Assembly (NCBI GenBank): GCA_037143195.1
Contig: JBAWZD010000001.1
Span: 80,892 to 144,891, forward strand
Length of the DNA stretch: 64,000 nucleotides
DNA from: a bacterium
GTDB lineage: Bacteria; Patescibacteriota; Minisyncoccia; Phycocordibacterales; UBA9973
Direction of reading: 5' to 3'
Positions 35,473 to 43,366 of this stretch are shown piece after piece. The notes beneath the pieces were generated by a model. That model saw only the letters and a list, made by a program, of their open reading frames with translations, did no database searches and was not told where the DNA came from. The position numbers and the translations under genes are program-made. Every line of letters starts with the position of its first letter. The first letter of the stretch is position 1.

Positions 35473-35505
35473 AAAAATAACCTTGCCAAGGCAAGGTTAT
35501 TTTTT
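35473..35505. terminator. bidirectional intrinsic terminator between 35128..35448 and tRNA-Tyr
   Basis: aaaaaataaccttg ccaagg caaggttatttttt. Confidence 0.5.
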
Positions 35506-35508
35506 ATG

Positions 35509-35591
35509 TGCGTCGGGTAGGATTCGAACCTACGAAGGCCGAAGCCGACAGATTTACAGTCTGTTGTGATAGACCACTCCACCACCGACGC
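35509..35591 (-). tRNA. tRNA-Tyr (anticodon GTA), type II with a long variable arm
   Basis: The reverse complement folds as a cloverleaf with acceptor GCGTCGG/CCGACGC, anticodon loop CTGTAAA and a 15-nt variable arm. CCA is not encoded. Confidence 0.9.
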
Positions 35592-35676
35592 ATAGACGAG
35601 AACCCATACAGTATACACATTTCGGCTCGAGTTTCAATCGCTTTACATTTCAAAATAACCCTGTAAAATAAGGGTT

Positions 35677-38067
35677 ATGGAAAAATGGAAATTTGCAAAG
35701 ATTCGGGTCGCCGTGCTTTGCGGAGGTCCGTCGCTCGAGCGTGGTATTTCGCTCAACTCGGCACGCAGTCTTTTGGACCATCTTGGTGGGGAGCATATCG
35801 AAATCGTGCCCGTGTATTTCGACCACAAAAAGAATGCGTATCATATCTCTACGGCACAGCTCTATTCCAATACGCCATCCGATTTTGATTTCAAACTCGC
35901 ACGTACCGCAAAGACACTGACAGAAGCGAGTCTCATCAAACTTCTCAAGACAGTCGATATTGTTTTCCCCGCGATTCATGGAGCATATGGAGAAGACGGT
36001 GGTGTGCAAGCGCTCCTTGAGAAAAACAACATTCCATTCATAGGGTCGTCGAGTGCGGCGTGCAAACGCGCGTTTGATAAGTTTAGCGCGAGCGAGCTCA
36101 TTCGCAAACACGGCTTTTATGCTCCGCCGTCGCTCCTCCTAAAGATCTACGGAAAAACGCACGCCGCGGATATCAAACAGTTTTTCAAAGAACACAAACT
36201 CAATCGCGTCGTCGTGAAGCCCGCATCTGGTGGCTCGTCGATTGGAGTTTTTTCGGTCAGTACGGCGAGCGAAGCACTCGAAAAAGTCGAGTATCTTTTT
36301 TCGAAGCGTATGGACACGCGTGTCGTCATCGAGCCATTTGCCGAAGGCAGGGAATTTACTGTTGTGTTGCTCGAGAATAAAAATGGACAACCAATCGCCG
36401 TCCTCCCGACCGAGATCGTGACGAATTATGAATATCACCAGATCTTTGATTTCCGCAAAAAATATCTTCCGACCAATCACGTGCATTATCACTGCCCGCC
36501 ACGATTTAGTGACGAAGTCGTGCACACGATTCAAGCGGATGCGCAAAAATTGTTTACGCTTCTCGGCATGCGTGATTTCGCGCGTTTCGACGGTTGGGTA
36601 TTTCCTGACGGTCGCATTTGGTTTAGCGACTTCAACCCAATCTCAGGTATGGAGCAAAATAGTTTTTTGTTCCAACAATCCGCACGTGTTGGTTTCTCGC
36701 ATCAAGATGTCCTTTTCTATATCGTTCGTCATGCACTCGCGCGCTTCGGTAAACAGCTTCCACTTTCCAAACAAGTCACAACGAAGCGCAAACCGGTGCC
36801 AGTTCTTTTTGGTGGAGGCACAGCCGAGCGTCAAGTCTCGCTCATGTCTGGGACGAATGTGTGGCTCAAACTTCGCAAATCAAAAAAATATATTCCTGAA
36901 CCATATCTGCTCGATCTCGATGGCTCGACTGTTTGGAGACTTCCATACGCACTCATTCTCAACCACACCGTTGAGGAAATAGTTGAGAATGCACAAAACG
37001 CGATCAAAGATGACGCGCGATTTCTCAGACTCATGCTTCCTGTTGTCGCCGATCTTGCGCTTGCACGGAATGAGGCTCGCGAGCAATTTTTCTTGCCACA
37101 ATCACAGACGCTTACCGAGTTCATAAAAAACAAAAAATTCATTTTCATTGCGCTTCATGGAGGAGTCGGCGAAAATGGCGAACTGCAGGCGATGCTTGAA
37201 AAAGAAGGTGTGAAGTATAACGGTTCAAGTAGTACGGTGTCGCATCTGTGTATGGACAAATGGGCGACAAACGAAGCCATCCGCGAAGCGAATATCAAAG
37301 GAGTCACGATTCCTGAGCATGCAAACGTGCCGACCGATGACCTTGCTATGCTCACCGAAAGAAATGCCGAAAAAATCTGGAGTGATTTAGTTCGCACGCT
37401 CGGAACAAAAAGTATCATCGTGAAGCCTCGTGGGGACGGATGTTCCGCTGGCGTCATGCGACTTTTTTCAGCCAAAGATTTTCTTGTGTATGCGCACGCG
37501 ATTGCGAAATGTGAAGGTCAGCTCGCGCCACACTCAATCACCAATCAAACCGGTATCGTCGAGATGCCAACGGAGATTCCATCTGACATCGTGTGTGAAG
37601 CATTCATCGAGACGGACATCATTCGCGCGAAAGGCAAAGAACTCAAACACACACGTCGCGCTGGTTGGATCGAAGTGACTGTCGGCGTTCTTGGTGAGAA
37701 AGGCAAACTTCATGTGCTCTCACCATCGCTCACCGTTGCTGAAGGGGAAGTGCTTTCACTTGAAGAAAAATTCCAAGGAGGTACGGGGATCAATATTACT
37801 CCACCACCAACGGAACTCGTTCGACCGAAAGCACTCGTAAAAGCAAAACAGCTGATTGGTGAAGTCGCGAAGCGTGTCGGTATTCGTGGGTACGCACGTA
37901 TCGATGCATTCATGCATATTGATTCAGGCAACATCATTGTGATTGAAATCAATACGCTCCCTGGGCTCACTCCATCGACCGTCTTGTATCACCAAGGTCT
38001 CGCAGAGTCTCCACAAATGTTCCCATGCGAATTACTCGAACGCATCATTCGCGAAGGAGGATACTAA
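35677..38067 (+). CDS. ddl: tandem-fused double D-alanine--D-alanine ligase (two complete Ddl / ATP-grasp modules in one 796-aa polypeptide)
   Basis: Module 1 runs aa 1-~370 (VAVLCGGPSLERGISLNSARS...VVVKPASGGSSIG...). Module 2 runs aa ~375-796 (PVLFGGGTAERQVSLMSG...IIVKPRGDGCSAGV...IEINTLPGLT). Confidence 0.85.
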   Translation: MEKWKFAKIRVAVLCGGPSLERGISLNSARSLLDHLGGEHIEIVPVYFDHKKNAYHISTAQLYSNTPSDFDFKLARTAKTLTEASLIKLLKTVDIVFPAIHGAYGEDGGVQALLEKNNIPFIGSSSAACKRAFDKFSASELIRKHGFYAPPSLLLKIYGKTHAADIKQFFKEHKLNRVVVKPASGGSSIGVFSVSTASEALEKVEYLFSKRMDTRVVIEPFAEGREFTVVLLENKNGQPIAVLPTEIVTNYEYHQIFDFRKKYLPTNHVHYHCPPRFSDEVVHTIQADAQKLFTLLGMRDFARFDGWVFPDGRIWFSDFNPISGMEQNSFLFQQSARVGFSHQDVLFYIVRHALARFGKQLPLSKQVTTKRKPVPVLFGGGTAERQVSLMSGTNVWLKLRKSKKYIPEPYLLDLDGSTVWRLPYALILNHTVEEIVENAQNAIKDDARFLRLMLPVVADLALARNEAREQFFLPQSQTLTEFIKNKKFIFIALHGGVGENGELQAMLEKEGVKYNGSSSTVSHLCMDKWATNEAIREANIKGVTIPEHANVPTDDLAMLTERNAEKIWSDLVRTLGTKSIIVKPRGDGCSAGVMRLFSAKDFLVYAHAIAKCEGQLAPHSITNQTGIVEMPTEIPSDIVCEAFIETDIIRAKGKELKHTRRAGWIEVTVGVLGEKGKLHVLSPSLTVAEGEVLSLEEKFQGGTGINITPPPTELVRPKALVKAKQLIGEVAKRVGIRGYARIDAFMHIDSGNIIVIEINTLPGLTPSTVLYHQGLAESPQMFPCELLERIIREGGY

Positions 38068-38068
38068 T

Positions 38069-39205
38069 ATGGATACGAAATTTTTGTCGTACATTACGCT
38101 CTCACAAGAAAACTTCGCACACAACATTCAAACTTTGCGTGCGCTCGGGCACAAAGATATGCACATCGCTTTTGCAGTGAAAGGGAATGCATACGGTCAT
38201 GGCCTCACGGAAATGGTGAAGATAGCGGATCCGCTGGTAGAGTATTTCGTCATTACAAATATCGACGATTTGCGAATTCTTCGACGTGAATCTACGAAGC
38301 CGACATTTGTCTTTGGATATATTCCTCCATATCTTCTCGACGAAGCGATGAATCTCGGGTGTATTCTCGGAGTTTTTTCGTTCGAACACATGAATGAGAT
38401 TGATACACATGCGCGTGCGCTCGGCAAAGTGCAAGAAGTTCATATCGCATGCGATGCGAATCTTGGACGTGAAGGATTTTTAGAGACTGATATGGCGCAG
38501 GTGTTTTCTCGTGCAAAAGATTGTACCGGAATTCAAGTGACAGGTATGTATGCGCATTTTGCAAACATCGAAGACACGAATGATTTTTCGCACGCACAAA
38601 AACAAATTGATACGTACGCGCGCATGCAGGCAATCGCGCGAGAATCTGGATACGAGAAAATCACTACACATATTTCGGCGACATCAGGATTGCTTACGTA
38701 TGAAAAAGATACAGGTATTCATCCGATCGTTCGTATTGGTATCGGCGGATATGGACTGTGGCCCCGCGAGACACTTGAACGACAATACAAAAAACGTGGT
38801 ATTGAATTGAAACCAGTGCTTTCGTGGAAGACACATGTCGCACAAGTCAAAATAGTGCCAATCGGTGTGACTGTCGGCTACGGACTCACGTACAAAACTC
38901 AGCGCGAAACCAAAATGGTGCTCGTACCACAAGGATATGCCGATGGATTTCCACGAGCACTTTCAAATACGGGGATGGTGCTCATTGGAGGCAGACGTTG
39001 CCCAGTCATTGGACGTGTTTCGATGAATATGTTTGTGGTAGATGCGACAAATGTGGATGAGGTGCACGAGGGCGACGAGGTCGTTTTGATTGGGGAACAA
39101 GGGGACAAAAGTATTTCGGCGAACGAAGTGGCAGAGAGATCTGGGACCATTTCCTATGAGGCCGTGACCCGCATTAGCCCATTACTCCCAAGGGTAATCT
39201 GCTAA
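38069..39205 (+). CDS. alr: alanine racemase
   Basis: PLP-lysine motif AFAVKGNAYGHG. GGAGG 9 nt upstream of the ATG at 38069. Starts 1 nt after the ddl stop. Confidence 0.85.
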   Translation: MDTKFLSYITLSQENFAHNIQTLRALGHKDMHIAFAVKGNAYGHGLTEMVKIADPLVEYFVITNIDDLRILRRESTKPTFVFGYIPPYLLDEAMNLGCILGVFSFEHMNEIDTHARALGKVQEVHIACDANLGREGFLETDMAQVFSRAKDCTGIQVTGMYAHFANIEDTNDFSHAQKQIDTYARMQAIARESGYEKITTHISATSGLLTYEKDTGIHPIVRIGIGGYGLWPRETLERQYKKRGIELKPVLSWKTHVAQVKIVPIGVTVGYGLTYKTQRETKMVLVPQGYADGFPRALSNTGMVLIGGRRCPVIGRVSMNMFVVDATNVDEVHEGDEVVLIGEQGDKSISANEVAERSGTISYEAVTRISPLLPRVIC

Positions 39206-39283
39206 ATCTTGTGGTTTTTCAATATGTATGCTATTCTGTTCGGGCATCGGCACACGGAGGTAATCCCTGCCAGAAGCTACCTA

Positions 39284-39443
39284 TATGTCTCAAGATAAAC
39301 TCATAAAACTCGCCTGCGGTACATGCAAGCGCATCAACTATTGGAGTCGCAAGAACAAAAAGCTTGTCACTCGAAAAATTGAGCTCAAAAAGTACTGTAA
39401 GTGGTGTAAAAAACAGACCAAACACAAAGAGGTCAAGAAATAA
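39284..39443 (+). pseudogene. rpmG: 50S ribosomal protein L33 (zinc-ribbon type), interrupted by a single-base frameshift in an A6 run
   Basis: Frame 1 gives MSQDKLIKLACGTCKRINYWSRKNKK. After one extra A (A6 instead of A5 at ~39356-39361), frame 2 continues LVTRKIELKKYCKWCKKQTKHKEVKK*. Together these match the L33 consensus. Confidence 0.6.
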
Positions 39444-39445
39444 AA

Positions 39446-39474
39446 CAAAAGCCCCATTCGGGGCTTTTGTTTTG
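39446..39474. terminator. intrinsic terminator after rpmG
   Basis: aaaagcccc attc ggggcttttgtttt. Confidence 0.5.
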
Positions 39475-39532
39475 GGTGACATGGATTTTTGCGTGCTTTT
39501 CTGTTATCCTCAATCTGGTTTCAAAATCGTAA

Positions 39533-39603
39533 GGGCCTATAGTTCAGCGGTAGAATTCTCGTCTCCAAAACGAGCGACCGAGGTTCGAATCCTCGTGGGC
39601 CCG
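39533..39603 (+). tRNA. tRNA-Trp (anticodon CCA)
   Basis: Cloverleaf with acceptor GGGCCTA/TGGGCCC, anticodon loop CTCCAAA and TPsiC arm GAGGTTCGAATCCTC. In the conserved rpmG-tRNA-Trp position. Confidence 0.85.
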
Positions 39604-39610
39604 CAAAAAA

Positions 39611-39988
39611 ATGAGTGAATCAATTCCTCTTGTCGACGGCGTTTCAAAAAGTCTTGAACTTGCTCGACCATATCTTGGGCGAGTTGTTTCTGTAGCGATC
39701 GACCAAGCATACGGGACGACATACAAAGGTGCTTTGTATACTTCGAATTATGGATATGTGCCGAATACTATCGCGCCGGACGGTATGGGGCTTGATGCGT
39801 ATGTGCTTGGTCCGACGGAACCGCTCGCGGAAGCGAGCGGGAAGTGTATTGCTATCATTCACCGACTCGATGATGACGATGACAAACTGATTCTCGTTCC
39901 GGATGGCATCGATATGAGCGATGAGGCGATTGAGCAAGCCGTGCATTTTCGCGAGCAATTTTTTCGTCACGAAATCGTACGTTCATAA
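39611..39988 (+). CDS. short, divergent inorganic-pyrophosphatase-family protein (125 aa; lacks the N- and C-terminal regions of canonical PPase and one active-site Asp)
   Basis: NYGYVPNTIAPDGMGLDAYVLGPTEPLAEASGKCIAIIHRLDDDDDKLILVP aligns with the PPase core NYGYI.HT...DGDP.DVLV...G.L.M.DE.G.DAKL.AVP. Here DGDPVD reads DGMGLD. Confidence 0.5.
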   Translation: MSESIPLVDGVSKSLELARPYLGRVVSVAIDQAYGTTYKGALYTSNYGYVPNTIAPDGMGLDAYVLGPTEPLAEASGKCIAIIHRLDDDDDKLILVPDGIDMSDEAIEQAVHFREQFFRHEIVRS

Positions 39989-40072
39989 AAATACCTTTTA
40001 AATATTGAATATATTTTTCCACACCTGCCTCGACGAGTTTAGAAATCGATTAACTCAATAAGCGTACGATGT

Positions 40073-40813
40073 ATGGATATGAATACTATCTATCGATACG
40101 CGACCAATGTGCAAACACTCGACAATCCGCAGAAGCGGTACGTGCTCACGATTCACGATTTGTTGCCAGCCGACAGACCTCGTGAGAAATTGCAAAAATA
40201 CGGCCCCGCAACGCTCTCGACGAGTGAACTTCTTGCTGTCGTGCTCAATCTTGGCACGACCAAAGAAGACGTGATGACGATGTCGAGTCGCATCATGCGT
40301 GAATATGGCGAGAAGAGCATCATGGTTGCGACCAATCCCAAAAAGCTCGCGAGCGATTTGGGTATTCCGATCGTGCGTGCGTCACAGATAGTCGCGTGTT
40401 CTGAGCTCGGCAGACGATTTTACAAAAAGAACGATGCCAGTGCCCCAACGATTCGTACGGCGGAAGAAGTGTTTGAGTATGTGCGCGACATGCGTGATCT
40501 ACCCAAAGAACACTTGCGAGGAATTTATTTGAATACGCATTACAAAGTCATTCATGACGAGATAATTTCCATCGGCACGATTGATACGAATATCATTCAT
40601 CCGCGTGAAGTGTTTCGGCCCGCACTCGAATATGCCGCTGCCGCCGTGATACTCGTGCATAATCATCCGTCAGGTGAGAGTGAACCAAGTGAAGCCGATA
40701 TCGAAGTGACAAAACAACTCGTCTCGGCGGGCAAACTCATCGGCATTGATCTGGTCGATCATGTTATTATTACCAAACGTTCATTCAAAAGTATCTCTAT
40801 CGAGTACTCATAA
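40073..40813 (+). CDS. radC: RadC-family JAB/MPN domain protein
   Basis: HNHPSGESEPSEAD JAMM-like motif and an N-terminal HhH region. 246 aa. Confidence 0.85.
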   Translation: MDMNTIYRYATNVQTLDNPQKRYVLTIHDLLPADRPREKLQKYGPATLSTSELLAVVLNLGTTKEDVMTMSSRIMREYGEKSIMVATNPKKLASDLGIPIVRASQIVACSELGRRFYKKNDASAPTIRTAEEVFEYVRDMRDLPKEHLRGIYLNTHYKVIHDEIISIGTIDTNIIHPREVFRPALEYAAAAVILVHNHPSGESEPSEADIEVTKQLVSAGKLIGIDLVDHVIITKRSFKSISIEYS

Positions 40814-40817
40814 TCAC

Positions 40818-41102
40818 ATGTATACAATCAAAGTCTCTTCAGGCGCGTATTTTGTTTCAACTCGTGTCGGGCGGTCACCATATTTTGTGTCGCACGATGC
40901 GCCAAAAAGTTCGAACAAGGGTCAAAATTTGCTCACTCAATATTTGAGTGATGCACGCACGATTTTTAAAAGTGAATGCGACATCTTGCTCGATACAGGA
41001 CGAGTGTTTACTGATACAGATTCAGACCGACTCATCATCATGCTCAAGCTTCTCATTGATGCGCGCAAGACGTGGCAGGAGGAAGAACTCGCTAGGAAGT
41101 GA
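40818..41102 (+). CDS. hypothetical protein
   Basis: 94-aa ORF starting 5 nt after radC. No recognisable domain. Its 3' end overlaps miaA, so the gene call is weak. Confidence 0.3.
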   Translation: MYTIKVSSGAYFVSTRVGRSPYFVSHDAPKSSNKGQNLLTQYLSDARTIFKSECDILLDTGRVFTDTDSDRLIIMLKLLIDARKTWQEEELARK

Positions 41103-41997
41103 GGAATTGGCGCACAAGCGAAGTTGTTTTTGTGAGCGTTGATTTTTTGGACGAATCAAACCAGACGATCGTTTTGTCGCGTTTCCACCATACTCGTTGA
41201 CGCTTGGCGTATTGCCAAATATCGTTCGCGAGGGTCATTTGGAACGCCTCACGACTCACTTTGGCGGTGAGAAGGTCTGCCATAGCCCCGTATTCAAGGC
41301 CCAATTGACGCATACGGCGGTATGTAAGGCCTTTTTGATGCAAAGCTCGTCCTTCGTCAAGCATGCCCATTTTGAGGCGCTGATTGAGTCGGAGCGCTAT
41401 TCGGCTTTTGAGCACCTCGTCCGGCATATCGAGTCCGATTTGGAGCACGTCGTAGGGAGCAACCGTTTTTTTGAGCGGGGGGACTTTGCCGAGTGCTTTT
41501 GCTATTTCGATCGCTCGAACAAGACGGACCGGATTGTGTTGGTCAATATTTTTTGCGCGCACGGGGTCAAGCTTCACGAGCATTTGAAAAAGTTCAGAGG
41601 CAGATTTCTTTTCGAGTTTTTTTCGGAGTGTTGGATTCGGCGGCACGTCGGGAAGCTGTGCTTTGCCGAGCACTGCGTCGATATAAAAAGCAGTGCCTCC
41701 ACAAATGATTGGAAGTTTGCCATGCGCATGGATATCTTTGATACAGGTGCGCGCTCCAAGCACGTAATCACTCACCGAGTAGACTTTCTTAGGATCGGCG
41801 ACATCGAGCATGTGATGGGGAATGTTTTGCATTTCCTCCTTTGTGACTTTGCCTGTGCCGAGGTTCATCCCGCGGTAGACTTGTCGAGAATCAGCCGAAA
41901 CAATCTCGCCGTTATATTTTTTTGCGAGTTCAATCGAAAGAGCCGTTTTGCCACTCGACGTTGGTCCGAGAATAACGAGGACTTTTTCTTTTTGCAT
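41092..41997 (-). CDS. miaA: tRNA dimethylallyltransferase
   Basis: P-loop ILGPTSSGKT and ADSRQVYRGMNLGTGK. The start at 41997 (MQKEKVLVILG) avoids overlap with tRNA-Leu. Confidence 0.9.
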   Translation of the reverse strand: MQKEKVLVILGPTSSGKTALSIELAKKYNGEIVSADSRQVYRGMNLGTGKVTKEEMQNIPHHMLDVADPKKVYSVSDYVLGARTCIKDIHAHGKLPIICGGTAFYIDAVLGKAQLPDVPPNPTLRKKLEKKSASELFQMLVKLDPVRAKNIDQHNPVRLVRAIEIAKALGKVPPLKKTVAPYDVLQIGLDMPDEVLKSRIALRLNQRLKMGMLDEGRALHQKGLTYRRMRQLGLEYGAMADLLTAKVSREAFQMTLANDIWQYAKRQRVWWKRDKTIVWFDSSKKSTLTKTTSLVRQFLTS

Positions 41998-41999
41998 TG

Positions 42000-42080
42000 T
42001 GCCGGAGAAGGGACTCGAACCCTTAAACCTTTCGGTGTGCGATTTTGAGTCGCATGCGTATACCATTCCGCCACTCCGGC
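42000..42080 (-). tRNA. tRNA-Leu (anticodon CAA), type II
   Basis: The reverse complement gives GCCGGAG...TGCGA CTCAAAA TCGCA...long variable arm...GGTTCGAGTCC...CTCCGGC. Confidence 0.85.
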
Positions 42081-42175
42081 TTTCTGACTAGAACTTTGGC
42101 ATTCTACACGAAATACACATATTTTTCCATACCTTGCATAGTTCCCAAATTCGGGGCGTGCGGTATACTAGACCC

Positions 42176-43234
42176 ATGGCAGATTTTTATTCTAATTCTA
42201 TTTTCTGGGTTGAACTCGACAAAGTTCGTCCAAATCCTTACCAACCACGTCGTGAGTTCGAAGAAGGTCCACTTCGCGACCTCTCTGAGTCGATTCGTCA
42301 GTACGGAGTGATGCAACCACTCACGGTCAGTCGTGTTGAATATCAAAAAGACGATGGTGGTATTGCCGTTGAGTATGAACTCATCGCGGGAGAGCGCCGT
42401 TTGCGTGCGTCAAAACTCGCCGGACTTTCTCAGGTACCGGTGCTCATCCGTCAGGGCGATACTCCTCAAGTCAAACTTGAGCTCGCAATCATCGAAAATC
42501 TTCAGCGTGCAGATCTCAATCCTGTTGAACGCGCGCATGCATTCGCACGTCTCGCAAACGAATTTAAATTGCAGCACGCCGAAATCGGCAAGAAGCTCGG
42601 ACGCAGTCGTGAGTACGTATCCAACACACTTCGTATTCTCGCGCTTCCTGATGAGATCCTCACTGCACTCGGACAAGGCAAAATCACTGAAGGTCACACA
42701 CGACCGCTCCTCATGTTGATTGATCGACCGATGGAACAGATGGTTTTGTTCAAGGAAATCATGAACAAAAAAGTCACGGTGCGCGAGGCAGAACGTGCAG
42801 CTCGCAACATTGCTGTCGACCGAGCGCGCAAAGCTCCACGACCAACCGATCCTGAAATTGCGCTCATCGAAGCACGCCTTCAAGAAATACTCGGCGAGCG
42901 TGTACACGTCGAGACTGATGCGATCGGTGGACGCGTAACGATTAGCTTCCTCACGCCAGAAGATTTGAAAAAAATAGTTGACCAGCTCCATATGTCTGGA
43001 GGTGAAGATCAGGCGATGTCCGAAGAAGCGTTCATGGACGAGACACCACTTCCTGAAACTATGCCTCTCACCGATACGATTGTTGAGACCGTCGAAACGA
43101 CTCATGCAGGACAGACTCCAAGTGAACCAACTGTTGTCGTAACTGAAACAGTAATGACTCCTGCACCAACACCCGTAGAACCACCAAAACCCGACGACTC
43201 AGAACTCTACAGTATCAGTAGTTTTAGTATATAA
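42176..43234 (+). CDS. parB: ParB/Spo0J-family partition protein with an acidic, Thr/Pro-rich C-terminal extension
   Basis: ParB box GERRLRASKLAGLSQVPVLIR and an HTH region. No parA is adjacent. Confidence 0.8.
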   Translation: MADFYSNSIFWVELDKVRPNPYQPRREFEEGPLRDLSESIRQYGVMQPLTVSRVEYQKDDGGIAVEYELIAGERRLRASKLAGLSQVPVLIRQGDTPQVKLELAIIENLQRADLNPVERAHAFARLANEFKLQHAEIGKKLGRSREYVSNTLRILALPDEILTALGQGKITEGHTRPLLMLIDRPMEQMVLFKEIMNKKVTVREAERAARNIAVDRARKAPRPTDPEIALIEARLQEILGERVHVETDAIGGRVTISFLTPEDLKKIVDQLHMSGGEDQAMSEEAFMDETPLPETMPLTDTIVETVETTHAGQTPSEPTVVVTETVMTPAPTPVEPPKPDDSELYSISSFSI

Positions 43235-43244
43235 AACGTAGATC

Positions 43245-43366
43245 TGGGCGAATAAAAATACCTTGTGTTTGATCAGGCCTTTCGCAGGCGCAAAGGCGCC
43301 GAGAAGCCCGCGCGCGAGCACGCGCGACGGGTTGCCTGGCAAACACAAGGTATTTTTATTTCGCCC
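43245..43366. repeat. near-perfect 26-bp inverted repeat separated by a 69-nt GC-rich spacer that contains further hairpins; between convergent parB and rel
   Basis: Left arm gggcgaataaaaataccttgtgtttg at 43245-43270. Right arm caaacacaaggtatttttatttcgccc at 43340-43366 (one extra t). Spacer is about 70% GC. The right arm overlaps the rel stop codon. Confidence 0.5.

Noticed and set aside
41197-42048. 283-aa ORF on the + strand
   Set aside because: It lies entirely antisense to miaA, which has unmistakable P-loop and DMAPP-transferase motifs. It has no features of its own and would overlap tRNA-Leu.
42410-43105. 231-aa ORF on the - strand
   Set aside because: Antisense to parB.
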